Of a stretch of DNA of 64,000 bases, positions 19,273 to 30,059 are shown piece by piece (the stretch's first letter is position 1; each line of letters begins with the position of its first letter). A model generated the notes under the pieces. The model saw only the letters and a list, made by a program, of their open reading frames with translations, ran no database searches and was not told the origin of the DNA. The stretch is from an uncultured bacterium (lineage in GTDB: Bacteria; Muiribacteriota; UBA6191): contig CAZRWM010000001.1 of the NCBI GenBank assembly GCA_964603885.1, positions 729 to 64,728 of the forward strand, written 5' to 3'. A program made the position numbers and the translations under genes.

Positions 19273-20024
19273 TGATCCCATTAAGTGAATTATATTCCAC
19301 TCTTACAAATAAAATTCCTAAAGACCTTGGTGTAATCGATGTTATCCAAGCCGAGGGCTGGACCCTTGTAGAATCTGAACTTGGAGTGGGAATAGCCATG
19401 TCTCATCGAGGCGGTCATACAGAGTCAATTTATAAAAATTGGATTGGGTCACGTCTCTGCGATTTGGCTACACAAGTAAACTCATGGAATTTTCGACACG
19501 CAAGTATGGGACTAGCAGCGGTTAACGCATATTGGAATACGGAGTCCGTGTTAAAGGTAGAGTGCGAGAATGAGCCCCTTAAATCTAAACTGGAATTGCA
19601 ATCTATTCTTCGAGAAGAACAATCCAAAGGAGCAATCATTGGAAGTGTAGGTCACTTTCCCTTCTTAGACGAGCTTCCCGAAAAAGTTATTATTTTCGAA
19701 ATAAATCCCAAACTACCAAATGAATACCCCGCAAGTGCCGCCGAATATCTACTACCTAAATGTGATATTGTACTGTTGACAGGATCCACTTTGATAAACA
19801 AAACATTCGAGCCCTTAAGTCGCCTAATAGAAAAAGCTGAAGTTTGGCTTCTAGGCCCAAGTACGCCATTTGCCCCACAACTAAAGAATTATAATATTTC
19901 TTATTTGGGAGGACTCATGGTCACCGACCAATCCTTGGTTAAAAATCTCATTCGTTGTGGATCTCGCAAAGAACTTGTCAGAAGCACTGGAGTCAAAAAA
20001 ATTCAATTCTGTCTTCTAAGTTAA
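19272..20024 (+). CDS. DUF364/DUF4213-like Rossmann-domain protein (putative heavy-metal chelation domain family)
   Basis: 250 aa. Start overlaps the OMP stop by 1 nt (TAATG). Architecture recalled as matching the DUF4213-DUF364 family. Low certainty. Confidence 0.4.
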   Translation: MIPLSELYSTLTNKIPKDLGVIDVIQAEGWTLVESELGVGIAMSHRGGHTESIYKNWIGSRLCDLATQVNSWNFRHASMGLAAVNAYWNTESVLKVECENEPLKSKLELQSILREEQSKGAIIGSVGHFPFLDELPEKVIIFEINPKLPNEYPASAAEYLLPKCDIVLLTGSTLINKTFEPLSRLIEKAEVWLLGPSTPFAPQLKNYNISYLGGLMVTDQSLVKNLIRCGSRKELVRSTGVKKIQFCLLS

Positions 20025-20566
20025 TCAGCATTTCTTTCTCTAAAAACAGCTATGAGTAATTCCGCAACCTCCTTATCAAAAGGAAAAGTCATCTTTTCAG
20101 ATTTTAATTCACCAAGTGGAATCCACATAAACTTCTGACGACCAGGTGTTCCCTTATCCGTTAAAATATCCCGAGGACTATCCAAGGGAATTTGACCTCC
20201 GAGCCTCTTCACGTTCCAGTAAAAAGCAACCACTTGTGTATCATCAAAATGAGACTTCAAAAAACCATCTGGCACATGAAAAATACTTTCAATAGAAATC
20301 GGCATTTCAAGTTCTTCAATAAATTCTCGACGAACAGCCTGCCCGACACCCTCCCCTAATTTTACGCCACCTCCAGGGAACTTGATCATTCCATCAGGAT
20401 AGTGTGGATACCACTCCTTGCTTAATAGTACTCGATCGTCTTCGATCAAGAGTCCATATGATCTAAGATTAAAAGAGTCTATATTCCACCGACTAAGATT
20501 ATTTGCATGATCTTTCATGGTCATTCCATAGTCTCCAAGACTTGAGTAATTTGATCGATAGCCCAA
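20021..20566 (-). CDS. NUDIX hydrolase
   Basis: Nudix box [24 protein letters not shown] (GX5EX7REUXEEXGU). Confidence 0.75.
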   Translation of the reverse strand: MGYRSNYSSLGDYGMTMKDHANNLSRWNIDSFNLRSYGLLIEDDRVLLSKEWYPHYPDGMIKFPGGGVKLGEGVGQAVRREFIEELEMPISIESIFHVPDGFLKSHFDDTQVVAFYWNVKRLGGQIPLDSPRDILTDKGTPGRQKFMWIPLGELKSEKMTFPFDKEVAELLIAVFRERNAD

Positions 20567-21726
20567 TCTAATTCTTCTTTTTTAATGACGAGGGGAGGAG
20601 TGATTCTTATAACATTTTCGTGAGTTTCCTTACATAAAAGTCCTCGCATTTTTAATTCTTCACAAAAACGCCGTGCTCCTCCTGCAGCATCTGTCAAAAC
20701 GATCCCTATCATAAGCCCCTGCCCGCGAATAAAATTAACATGTTCGGATTTAATGTTCTCCAGGCCTTTCTTTAGTTGGTCACCTAATTCAGCACTTCGC
20801 TCAATCAATTTTTCTTCAATCAAAACGTCAATAGCTTCAATTGCTACAGCACATGCCAATGGATTACCCCCAAAAGTTGACCCATGACTACCTGGTTTAA
20901 AAACCCCTAGAACCTCTTTACTTGATACAAAGGCCGATATTGGATAAACACCGCCACCGAGGGCTTTACCAAGTATGTACCCATCAGGTTGAATATCATA
21001 ATGCTCCATACAAAACATTTTGCCCGTACGACCCAGGCCGGTCTGAATCTCATCTGCAATAAATAAAACCTTATGCTGTCTACAGATCGCCGCCGCCTCC
21101 ACCATAAAATCGATGCTGGGAACAACTACACCGGCCTCACCTTGTATAGGCTCAACCAAGAAAGCCACCGTGTTTTCATTAACTGCATCTTTGAACGCCT
21201 CAATATCTCCATAAGGAATAATTTTAAATCCAGGTGTAAACGGACCAAAACCTTCTTTGTATGAATCTTCTGAGGAAAAGCTAATAATGGTAGTTGTTCG
21301 ACCGTGAAAATTTTCTGTACATACAATTATTTCGGCCTGACCATCCGGGATGCCTTTATTTAAGTAACCCCACTTTCGAACAGCTTTAATAGCAGTCTCA
21401 ACAGCTTCGGCTCCAGTATTCATTGGCAGCGCCATATCCATGCCACACAACTCGGTCAATTTTTTTAGAAACGGACCGAGTTGATCGTTATGAAATGCCC
21501 TTGAGGTCAAAGTACAACGATGAGCTTGCCGGGTCAGAGCTTCTATTAATCTAGGGTGGCCATGCCCCTGGTTTAACGCAGAATACGAAGACAAACAATC
21601 CAAATATCTTTTACCCTCCGGGTCCTCTACCCAAACACCCTCCGCCTTTGCAATTACTATTGGAAGCGGCTTATAGTTCATAGCCCCATAGGCTTCAGTC
21701 ATCTCAATAATTTCTTTGCTGTGCAT
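20521..21726 (-). CDS. rocD: ornithine--oxo-acid aminotransferase (class III PLP aminotransferase)
   Basis: 401 aa. OAT-like TSRAFHND, GxGHP, and the PLP-lysine region ([17 protein letters not shown]). Confidence 0.85.
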   Translation of the reverse strand: MHSKEIIEMTEAYGAMNYKPLPIVIAKAEGVWVEDPEGKRYLDCLSSYSALNQGHGHPRLIEALTRQAHRCTLTSRAFHNDQLGPFLKKLTELCGMDMALPMNTGAEAVETAIKAVRKWGYLNKGIPDGQAEIIVCTENFHGRTTTIISFSSEDSYKEGFGPFTPGFKIIPYGDIEAFKDAVNENTVAFLVEPIQGEAGVVVPSIDFMVEAAAICRQHKVLFIADEIQTGLGRTGKMFCMEHYDIQPDGYILGKALGGGVYPISAFVSSKEVLGVFKPGSHGSTFGGNPLACAVAIEAIDVLIEEKLIERSAELGDQLKKGLENIKSEHVNFIRGQGLMIGIVLTDAAGGARRFCEELKMRGLLCKETHENVIRITPPLVIKKEELDWAIDQITQVLETME

Positions 21727-21837
21727 TGAAGCTCCTTTCGCTCCAACTCATACAATAGAGTCAGTCCCTTACTAGATTACAAAATAGGAGTTGATACCCG
21801 TTATTCGCAAGGTATTAATATAATAAACGACTCCCGA

Positions 21838-22110
21838 TCAGAAATTCATAGAGTCTAAAGATAGAACATTTAGTAATTCGTTAAATTCACGCTCTACACG
21901 ACTAATACTGGCTTGAATTTGGGCCTGTTCTGTTCTATCAGATTCCAACTCTAATTCTTTTCTCAGCTCATCTTTTTCAAGAACTAGCTCGTGAATCCTG
22001 TCATAAATTTTTCGACATCGCTGATCAGCTTTCTCTGCACTAAGATCGTTTTGATCCTCTTCATCAAGTATTTTGCCAAGGAAGTCTTTTACACGCTCTG
22101 AAGGACTCAT
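21838..22110 (-). CDS. small coiled-coil hypothetical protein
   Basis: 90-aa charged or helical ORF in an otherwise empty 490-bp gap. No homology recognised. Confidence 0.35.
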   Translation of the reverse strand: MSPSERVKDFLGKILDEEDQNDLSAEKADQRCRKIYDRIHELVLEKDELRKELELESDRTEQAQIQASISRVEREFNELLNVLSLDSMNF

Positions 22111-22213
22111 AAAATATCGCTTTGTTTACAGATATATTATACCCTCTGCTGCTCTATCTAACCAATTTACTTCTCAAGCTTTCCGAAAGGTCTTATCATA
22201 AGTTAATGGAGGT

Positions 22214-23662
22214 ATGATGAAAATTGAAAAGATTTTTGAAGAATTTCAAGCCCTTCTGCCTGAAAACGAAGCCTACGAGGGCTATCGCGAGGACGTTGTA
22301 TTAAAGGGTAGCCCTCTAGCTGTATTGAGACCAAAAGATAAATTCGAATTACAAAGAATTATTAAACTATGTGCTCACCATGAAATTCCATTTACAGCAT
22401 GTGGATCTCAGACGTCAGTCACAGGTGCTAGTGTTGCTCAACGAGGAATTCTAATCTCCATGGAAAAATTTAAAGACTTTGAAATACCAAAGGAGAGAGC
22501 GGACGGGACCGCTAGTGTACTGACCCAACCTGGCGTATTGTTGGGGGATTTCCAGCAAGAGATGGAGGCATATGGTTGGCATTATCCGCCTGACCCTACA
22601 AGCTGGGAGGAGGTTCAACTAGGTGCTAGTATTGCCACTAATGCCACGGGAGAGAACTCTTTTTACTATGGCAGCTCCAGGAATTATGTTCTTGGATTAG
22701 AGATTATAATGCCCGATGGAGAATTCAAAAGCTTAAAGAGAGCAGGTAATCCACTGGAATTAAGTCGTGAGAAGAATCGAGCTGGCTACCTGTTAGGTCA
22801 AGAGGAAATTGATGAATGGATAGGAAGTGAAGGTTCTCTCGGTATAATAACAGAAGCAAAGCTACTACTACTTAAAAAGCCCAAACCCTTTACAAGTCTG
22901 TTTCTATTCTTTCGTCACGAACAAGAAGCACTTAAATTTAGTTTGAATCTTAACGATCAAAGGACTAATTTTAATCTGCGTTGTTTGGAATATATGGACC
23001 ACGAAGCAACACAAATGATGCGTGTAAAATCTGAACGTTTGGCTATCCCTGAAAATACTTGTACGATCTATATCAAGATAGAAGAGGTTTCTGAAGGTTT
23101 TTTTGAGAATTGTCTAGAAAATCTTCTGGAAATCAACAATGCCATAATTGCTCAAAATGAGGATTTATTCGAGCAGGCATTAGTTGCTCAAGACCGTAAT
23201 GAATTACTTGAGTTTAGAAGACTTCGGCATCATGTACCAGCTACTATCAACGAAAATGCTTCCGAGCAAAGGTTATCAGGAGGTGGTAAAGTTAGTAGCG
23301 ATTGGTGGGTTCCACTACCCCATTTACTGGAGCAATTTGAATATCTTAGAAATCAATTGAAAAATATTTCTATGCCCGCTGTAGCCTTTGGTCATATTGG
23401 AAATGGCCATCCGCACGTAAATTTGATTCCATCGAATGCAGATCAAAAAGATGAAGCATTACAATTTACTAAGAAATGTATGCAACGCGCCGCAGGTTTA
23501 GGTGGCGGGGTGTGTGGAGAGCACGGTTTGGGGAAAATAAAGCACTGGGCGCTTGATATTCAATGGGATATTCACACAGTCAAAGACATGCGAGCTGTAA
23601 AAAGTAAATGGGATCCAAAAGGACTAGCCGCCCCCGGCAATCTTTTTGAAGATCGTAAATAG
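22214..23662 (+). CDS. FAD-linked oxidase (GlcD / D-lactate dehydrogenase-like)
   Basis: N-terminal FAD-binding PCMH domain (AVLRPKDKFELQRIIKLCAHHEIPFTACGSQTSVTG) and C-terminal FAD-oxidase_C domain with HxGNGHxH-like motif (GHIGNGHPHVN). Confidence 0.8.
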   Translation: MMKIEKIFEEFQALLPENEAYEGYREDVVLKGSPLAVLRPKDKFELQRIIKLCAHHEIPFTACGSQTSVTGASVAQRGILISMEKFKDFEIPKERADGTASVLTQPGVLLGDFQQEMEAYGWHYPPDPTSWEEVQLGASIATNATGENSFYYGSSRNYVLGLEIIMPDGEFKSLKRAGNPLELSREKNRAGYLLGQEEIDEWIGSEGSLGIITEAKLLLLKKPKPFTSLFLFFRHEQEALKFSLNLNDQRTNFNLRCLEYMDHEATQMMRVKSERLAIPENTCTIYIKIEEVSEGFFENCLENLLEINNAIIAQNEDLFEQALVAQDRNELLEFRRLRHHVPATINENASEQRLSGGGKVSSDWWVPLPHLLEQFEYLRNQLKNISMPAVAFGHIGNGHPHVNLIPSNADQKDEALQFTKKCMQRAAGLGGGVCGEHGLGKIKHWALDIQWDIHTVKDMRAVKSKWDPKGLAAPGNLFEDRK

Positions 23663-23665
23663 ACA

Positions 23666-24523
23666 TTGATAATGATGCAAATTGCAAGTTACAAAATTTA
23701 TTCTATTGATACCGGTCGCTTCAGATTAGACGGTGGAGCTATGTTTGGTGTAATTCCTCAAGTTTTGTGGGCTAAAACGAATCCTCCTGATGAGAAAAAC
23801 AGAATAGAATTAGCTTTAAGGACGCTTCTTCTCGATGATGGTAAAAGACGAATCCTCGTTGATACTGGAATAGGTACAAAGTTTGATAGAAAACACCAGA
23901 AAATTTACGATATCAAACACGAACGACTTAATCTTAACGTTGAATTAGATAAGGTTGGTTATTCCTGCGGAGATATTACCGATGTTTTCCTGACTCATCT
24001 GCACTTCGATCATGTGGGAGGTGCAACTTATCGTAAAAATGGAGAACTTTTTCTGACTTTTCCAAAAGCTAAATATCATGTAGAGAAGTCACATTGGGAT
24101 TGGGCACTCAATCCCAGTAGACGAGATAAAGCCTCCTTCCTAGGTGAAAATTATCGCTTAATGGCGGAAACTGGGGCATTAAATCTTTTTGATGGAGATA
24201 AAGATCAATTATTTGAAAATACTACAATTTTAAAAGTTCACGGTCATACCCCCCATATGGCCTTACTTAAAATCCATGATCAAAATAATCAGCTACTTTA
24301 TTGTGCTGATTTAATCCCTACGGCTTCTCATATACCTTTACCTTTTATAATGGGATACGATTTGAATGCCTTGCAAACACTTATCGAAAAAGAAAAAATT
24401 TTACAAAAAGCATTTGAGGAAGATTGGATTTTATTTTTTGAACATGATCCTAATTGTGACGCTGCTAAAATTGAAAAAACGAATAAAGACGACTATAGAG
24501 CTCGAGAGACTTTTTACATATAA
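23666..24523 (+). CDS. MBL-fold metallo-hydrolase
   Basis: HxHxDH motif THLHFDHVGG plus downstream His/Asp ligands. Confidence 0.75.
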   Translation: MIMMQIASYKIYSIDTGRFRLDGGAMFGVIPQVLWAKTNPPDEKNRIELALRTLLLDDGKRRILVDTGIGTKFDRKHQKIYDIKHERLNLNVELDKVGYSCGDITDVFLTHLHFDHVGGATYRKNGELFLTFPKAKYHVEKSHWDWALNPSRRDKASFLGENYRLMAETGALNLFDGDKDQLFENTTILKVHGHTPHMALLKIHDQNNQLLYCADLIPTASHIPLPFIMGYDLNALQTLIEKEKILQKAFEEDWILFFEHDPNCDAAKIEKTNKDDYRARETFYI

Positions 24524-24537
24524 TCGTCGAAGCACTT

Positions 24538-24864
24538 ATGAAAACTGAAACACCAAAATTTAACAAAGGTCTCGTACTTCTTTGCAACCGTTGTAAAGCA
24601 CGCGTAGCTAAGCGCGATTTAGTAGGTCAAGATTTTGGTGAATTAAGGGTTAAACTCAAAGCTCAATGGAAAAAAAATAAACTATGGGGCCAAGTGAGAG
24701 CTTGTGAAACTGGTTGCTTAGGTCATTGCCCACTTGGAGCAAGTGCAATTTTTGTACAAAATCGAACGAATCTGTCTGATCATTGTTTAGCAATACCAAC
24801 TACAGCAACTGAAGAAGAAATCATAGAATCTATTGAAAGTTTTTTAGATATTGCAGTTAAATAA
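24538..24864 (+). CDS. thioredoxin-like [2Fe-2S] ferredoxin domain protein
   Basis: Cys pattern CNRC...CETGCLGHC characteristic of NuoE/thioredoxin-like 2Fe-2S ferredoxins. 108 aa. Confidence 0.55.
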   Translation: MKTETPKFNKGLVLLCNRCKARVAKRDLVGQDFGELRVKLKAQWKKNKLWGQVRACETGCLGHCPLGASAIFVQNRTNLSDHCLAIPTTATEEEIIESIESFLDIAVK

Positions 24865-27715
24865 CCAAATGCGAATTGCTCTGTTTTTATTATTGGTTAT
24901 CAACTTACAGGCTACAGCTACTATTGTTCTTGAGGCTACTCAACAAGGTTTGTTCATAAATGGGAATTTGCATCACCTTCAGATTTCTAAGGATTTTAAT
25001 AAGGTCTGTAAAACCAAATTTTTAGATGGTAGATGGGCCATAAAAGCAAAATGCCTGCAAACACTTGACACATTAAATATCAATGGTGACTTAGGTCACG
25101 GTATTAGTTTACACTTTTGGCGACAAAAAGACGATCAAGACGCAGAGTATGTTCTTGCTTATAGTAGTGATATAGCAAAATCTACCGCCTTGAAGATCTT
25201 TCGAATTATAAATCGACCGAAAGAAGCGTGGCTCCAACAGAATCTCTACTTGCCTGGACTTCTTTTCAGAGATAACCGAGCAAGTCTAACATTTAAGAAT
25301 ACCGACAAATCTATTCATCAATATCAAAAGAGTGTGACTGAACTGGACTCTCTCGGTGCATCCAATTTCATAGACCCAACACGCTTCAAATTAAAACCAT
25401 TCACATCTATCCAAAATATTCAACAGCACGGATTGTTCAGTAATAATAAACTTTGGATAAATCGTATTGTACTGTTTACGGACTCCCTTGAAAACCAAGA
25501 GAAAATTGTTACCAATTTTTTGAAAAACATCCAAAATCAGTATTTACCATTTCTACAAAAGAAAGAAAATCATTCAATCTTGATACTGATTTTATTAGCT
25601 ATCTTAGGCACCTCCCTCTGGGCTGTAACTCGCTACCTTCAAATTCAATTAATGAGCTCCCTCATCATGCCAACAACACTCATCGTGATTTTAATGACTA
25701 AGCCAATGATTGAATATTTTAACTCGCTGGAGGAAATAAGGCTTCAGAAAATCGAACAAGAAGTTAGGACAGTATTTACGAATATCAAGCAGGCACGAAA
25801 GATAGCAATGAAAAACATACATCGAAAACTTACCCAAGAAAAATATTTACTAAAACAAGCCCTAGACGCTACAAATTTCGTTAATCATCCACCCTATATT
25901 GTTACACCACAAAAGATTGATCAGTTAACCAATAAAGAATTAAAAAAAAGAATAAAAAGATTACAGAAAAAACGAATCCACAAACTCTACGACATCTCCG
26001 AAAAAGACAATTTTTTAAAAGCTCGTCTGAGTAATTGCAAACAAATGATAGAGGAATTTAGTTATGAAACTTTAAACCAACAACAATTAAGAGAATTATA
26101 TTCAAAGTTAGTTTATCAAAATTCGATAGTTCCGTTCACTTTAGCAAAGCTCGAAGTTAAAACTGGCTTAGGCCTCAAATTAAGTAATGGAAGAGTAGTA
26201 ATCGAAGCTTCGAGAATAAATTCAGGATTTCATAATCAGCGGGGTTTAGAAGGTCCACTGATGATTCAACTACTGCATAATCTTAAAAAAACGCCTGATC
26301 AAATTTCTAAGTTAAATAGGGAACACCGCCAAGCAGTTTTGTTATTTAGAAAACAATTAAGTGAATTGGAAATTAAACCACAATTTATAACTAAGTATAT
26401 GAATGAGCCACACAACTGGCATGAAATTGTTACGAGCCGAAAAACTGATACTTTTACAATGAATTCGTGGCAGCTTATTGATGCTAGAAATGGCCCTTGG
26501 GTTCTGCTCATGAATCTTAATTTAAGCTCTTTAACCCGAGAGATGGCAGCATTGATAAAAGATAACCAACTCAACAAGTTAGTATCCAAAAATAAAATTT
26601 CCAAAACTACACTTGATTATTTCAATTCCAATCAAAGACCAGAACCCTCCTTCGAATATTTATTCCTTGGAGAGAAAAATCGCGAAACTTTTCCTATACA
26701 TAAGGAGAATTCCTACTTAAGTCGAGCTGCAAATCTATCTAAAATCTACCAAACACCCGTATTTCTACCATCAATAATTAACAATCGTAGCTATGTTGCG
26801 ATGGGTTTTCCTTTACCTGATAATCCAGCGTATGTAATCTCTATTGGACGTGAAGTTACGAACGACTGGATTTTTCTCCGAGACTTAAAGACAAGAATTC
26901 AGTGGCTAATTCTTTTCCTTATTCTATCGCCTCTTCTTTTGGCAGCTAAAATTGCAGGGAAAATTACAGAGCCACTGAGACAATTGGGAAAAGCGGTTTT
27001 TGAAATTGCTAAGGGACGCTACTCAACTCAACTAAAACTTTCTGGTCTGGATGAATTTTCCAGACTTGCTAGCGAGTTCAACCGAATGTCTGTTTCATTA
27101 CAGAAAGGCGAAGAGCTAACATCATTTATTTCAAATGAATCATTACAGAATATATTACAGAAAAAAAACGTCAGTAATCGTGAGGAAGTAAGCATACTAT
27201 TTTGTGGCCTTCACAATTTCGATGACTATCATAAAATCGATTCCGATTCGGCTCGTCAATTCTTTGAAAAATTTATTATAAACTGTCAAATCCATATACA
27301 GGCCAATGGTGGAAGTGTTGATAAGTTTACCGGTATCGCTATTCTAGCTATCTTTAGAAATCAAAACAAAGAGATACGAGCTGTTTCAGCAGCACAAAAA
27401 ATTAAATTCACTCTAGAAAAAATTAATAAAACTTCAATAATTCCATTTCATGTTGGCATTGGACTAGCGACAGGCCCTGTCATATTAGGACAGGTAGGTG
27501 CTAATAAACGAAAAGATTTCACATGTATCGGTAATACTGTAAATCTAGCAGCCCGTCTTGAGTCTTTATCGCTTAAATCTCATGCAGAGATTACTATTTA
27601 TCTTGACTATGAAACATTATCAAAAGTTCCCGAAGATGAAGTATCTACCCAGGAACTTCAACCTACCAAAATTAAAGGCAAACAAGAACTTCAGAAGGTC
27701 TATGAGCTGGTATAA
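24851..27715 (+). CDS. membrane sensor adenylate/guanylate cyclase (large periplasmic domain, TM, HAMP, class III cyclase domain)
   Basis: Signal/TM at the N-terminus, a ~650-aa extracytoplasmic region and a second TM. HAMP (ITEPLRQLGKAVFEIAKGRYST...LASEFNRMSVSL). CYCc domain (FTGIAILAIF...GIGLATGPVILGQVG...IGNTVNLAARLESL). Confidence 0.8.
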   Translation: MQLNNQMRIALFLLLVINLQATATIVLEATQQGLFINGNLHHLQISKDFNKVCKTKFLDGRWAIKAKCLQTLDTLNINGDLGHGISLHFWRQKDDQDAEYVLAYSSDIAKSTALKIFRIINRPKEAWLQQNLYLPGLLFRDNRASLTFKNTDKSIHQYQKSVTELDSLGASNFIDPTRFKLKPFTSIQNIQQHGLFSNNKLWINRIVLFTDSLENQEKIVTNFLKNIQNQYLPFLQKKENHSILILILLAILGTSLWAVTRYLQIQLMSSLIMPTTLIVILMTKPMIEYFNSLEEIRLQKIEQEVRTVFTNIKQARKIAMKNIHRKLTQEKYLLKQALDATNFVNHPPYIVTPQKIDQLTNKELKKRIKRLQKKRIHKLYDISEKDNFLKARLSNCKQMIEEFSYETLNQQQLRELYSKLVYQNSIVPFTLAKLEVKTGLGLKLSNGRVVIEASRINSGFHNQRGLEGPLMIQLLHNLKKTPDQISKLNREHRQAVLLFRKQLSELEIKPQFITKYMNEPHNWHEIVTSRKTDTFTMNSWQLIDARNGPWVLLMNLNLSSLTREMAALIKDNQLNKLVSKNKISKTTLDYFNSNQRPEPSFEYLFLGEKNRETFPIHKENSYLSRAANLSKIYQTPVFLPSIINNRSYVAMGFPLPDNPAYVISIGREVTNDWIFLRDLKTRIQWLILFLILSPLLLAAKIAGKITEPLRQLGKAVFEIAKGRYSTQLKLSGLDEFSRLASEFNRMSVSLQKGEELTSFISNESLQNILQKKNVSNREEVSILFCGLHNFDDYHKIDSDSARQFFEKFIINCQIHIQANGGSVDKFTGIAILAIFRNQNKEIRAVSAAQKIKFTLEKINKTSIIPFHVGIGLATGPVILGQVGANKRKDFTCIGNTVNLAARLESLSLKSHAEITIYLDYETLSKVPEDEVSTQELQPTKIKGKQELQKVYELV

Positions 27716-30059
27716 ATATAAAAATTTTGAATGGCTTAACTTATTATTATTAAGCGTTGTTGTTAGCTTACTTGTGATTGCTTTTTTCAGAAATTCTGAA
27801 ACTCAAATCGAGTCTGTAACGATTACATCTGAATCGAAACAGTCAACTCCATCTAATCAAGCAGAATATGAAAATCGTCTGAAGAAAAAAATGGAAGAAA
27901 TTATTGATAGACTGAATTCCAAGGTTCCTGCCAAAAGTTTAGATTACACCTTTGATAGTTCCGCTTACTGGGTTATAGCTCGCAAAGGTAAAATCATGCA
28001 CCAATCTGGCAAAAAACCAAATCTTAGATTAACTACTGGTTGGCAAAAACATTTCATGCTAGGTGCATACCTGGGTAGAACAAATCCCGAGGTTTTCGAA
28101 TCAAAATGTCTGAGATTATTACAACAACCAATTAGCTTCGAAGAATTTGCAAATCAACAACTTCAATTACATTCAATCCAGATTGGATTTAACAATATAG
28201 CTTACTGCTATCTTGAGAAAAATAGCCTTTCTATCCTAGTGATATTGAGTCCAAATCCATTAAGCCAAGAGAGTTACAAGCTTAAAAAGCTACCTTTATC
28301 TAACCCCACTGTAGACTTTAGCTTTCAAGCACTTTTGATAAGTCTACTAATTTTTGCTCTATTAGTGGTTCTTCAAAAAACATTTTTAGGCTTTTGGATT
28401 CGTCGAAAGTTTTCTCGACAATACGCTTTATTTTATTTTTCGCTACTTAGTTTGCTAGCAAGTTTTCTCATCATACAAATATTTTCTATTGTCAGGGTTA
28501 AAGAATTTTATGCTAAACAAAACATGCAGGCCAAATTCCGGCTACATTTAGCCAAAATAGATGCTCAATATTTAGTATTTAAGAAAAGCCTCGAAGAACA
28601 TCTGGTAAGTACAATCCTGGATGATAAAAATGAAGAGGACGCTGACTTAATAAAACTCCTTGACATTGATGCGTGTCATATCAGTAGGGAAGGACTTTTC
28701 TTTCCCAAGGGCAAAGCCACTACTCGACTTTCTAAACTATTCTGTAAATTATTTGGACTCGAGATTTACAAAAAACAGTTTCCACAAGATTCTTCATATT
28801 TTCAGAAAATAAAATCAAAGATGGAAAGTCAATATAATCTGAATAAATTTGATGATTTAAGCTGGAATTACAAGAGGGCTTCGAAGCATTTAGAGGAATT
28901 TAAGTCAGATCAACTTATAAATTGGAGTTTAGGCAAATTTAATAAGGAAATACTGTGGACCAAAAACAATGGTGTACCTGCACCAAAACTAGCAATCGGT
29001 ATGCTATCCAATAAAAATATTCAGAACTACTATTTTGAATTCTCCAAACGCGATTTACCCCAAAACTGGAAACTAATTAAGAAAGATAATCACTTTACTC
29101 AGACTAAGGGCCATATTAATATCTTGTTAGCTAGTAACGTTTTTGACTTTGATGTCATCTACTCGGTATCAGAAAGCTCTGTATTCAAAGAAGTTCGTGA
29201 ATTTGAATTCACTATCTATCTATTGATAGCACTATCTTTTGTTCTGGCGATTCCCTCTTGGTATTTCATGAGCAACGCTATGACAAAACCAATTCAGAAA
29301 ATTTTTATTGGACTCGCTAACGTACGACAACGTAAATGGCAAAAACTCGATATAATTTCCCGTAATGAATTCGGCCAAGTTATGAAAGGCTTCAATCACA
29401 TGGTTGATCGTCTGAGAGAAAAGTCGGAACTATCGAGTTTTGTTGCAGAACAGATTTTGGATTTACTATCAAATGAGAGAGGAGAATTGAATAATCAAAT
29501 TGAAGATAATGCAGCTGTTCTTTTTTGCGATATCCGTTCATTCACAAGTATTTCCGAGTCCCATGATCCCGAGAAAGTCGTAGATATGCTCAATAGTTAC
29601 TTTGAAATGTGGCAATTAGTGGTACAAAAAAGAGGAGGAGTTATCGAGCGTTTTATTGGTGACGCGATAGTGGTGATTTTTTTCGAGAGATTTAGTAAAC
29701 AGTATGCTCAGGATGCAGTACAGTGTGCTATGGATATCATGTCACAGATGTCATCATTTAACAAAAAATGTTTTCAGACAAATGATTTTACAATAAAAAA
29801 TGGAATTGGAATCTCACAAGGTAAGATACGTTTTTCTGTAATTGGAGATAAAATTAAGAAGCATCTATTTGCTTCAGGAGAAGCGGTTATCAGAGCCGAG
29901 CACTTAGAATACCTTAGTAAGCAAGGTAATATTTCAATGATTATGGTAGATCAATATATTTATCAAACCACTCAGTATCAATTTGACTATCAAAAGCTCG
30001 AAAACAACGCACTTGATACTACTGTGTATGAGTTAAAATTAGATCGAGTGATAGACTAG
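27702..30059 (+). CDS. membrane sensor adenylate/guanylate cyclase, second paralog (TM, HAMP, class III cyclase domain)
   Basis: Start refined to Met at 27702 (MSWYKYKNF...), overlapping the upstream stop by 14 nt; the ORF track begins at 27558 inside the previous gene. HAMP (PIQKIFIGLANVRQRKWQ...FNHMVDRL). Cyclase motifs (VLFCDIRSFTSIS, ERFIGDAIVV). Confidence 0.8.
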   Translation: MSWYKYKNFEWLNLLLLSVVVSLLVIAFFRNSETQIESVTITSESKQSTPSNQAEYENRLKKKMEEIIDRLNSKVPAKSLDYTFDSSAYWVIARKGKIMHQSGKKPNLRLTTGWQKHFMLGAYLGRTNPEVFESKCLRLLQQPISFEEFANQQLQLHSIQIGFNNIAYCYLEKNSLSILVILSPNPLSQESYKLKKLPLSNPTVDFSFQALLISLLIFALLVVLQKTFLGFWIRRKFSRQYALFYFSLLSLLASFLIIQIFSIVRVKEFYAKQNMQAKFRLHLAKIDAQYLVFKKSLEEHLVSTILDDKNEEDADLIKLLDIDACHISREGLFFPKGKATTRLSKLFCKLFGLEIYKKQFPQDSSYFQKIKSKMESQYNLNKFDDLSWNYKRASKHLEEFKSDQLINWSLGKFNKEILWTKNNGVPAPKLAIGMLSNKNIQNYYFEFSKRDLPQNWKLIKKDNHFTQTKGHINILLASNVFDFDVIYSVSESSVFKEVREFEFTIYLLIALSFVLAIPSWYFMSNAMTKPIQKIFIGLANVRQRKWQKLDIISRNEFGQVMKGFNHMVDRLREKSELSSFVAEQILDLLSNERGELNNQIEDNAAVLFCDIRSFTSISESHDPEKVVDMLNSYFEMWQLVVQKRGGVIERFIGDAIVVIFFERFSKQYAQDAVQCAMDIMSQMSSFNKKCFQTNDFTIKNGIGISQGKIRFSVIGDKIKKHLFASGEAVIRAEHLEYLSKQGNISMIMVDQYIYQTTQYQFDYQKLENNALDTTVYELKLDRVID

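Noticed and set aside
27558-27701. ORF-track start at 27558 for the second adenylate cyclase
   Set aside because: That start would overlap the upstream cyclase by 158 nt. The Met at 27702 immediately precedes the first TM segment and gives a typical 14-nt stop/start overlap, so the shorter start is preferred.
24851-30059. The two large sensor proteins as GGDEF diguanylate cyclases or histidine kinases
   Set aside because: The catalytic domains show class III nucleotidyl cyclase blocks (F.DI..FT, G.GL..G.V..G..G, IG..VN.AARLES). They lack GGDEF/GGEEF and H-box/ATPase motifs.
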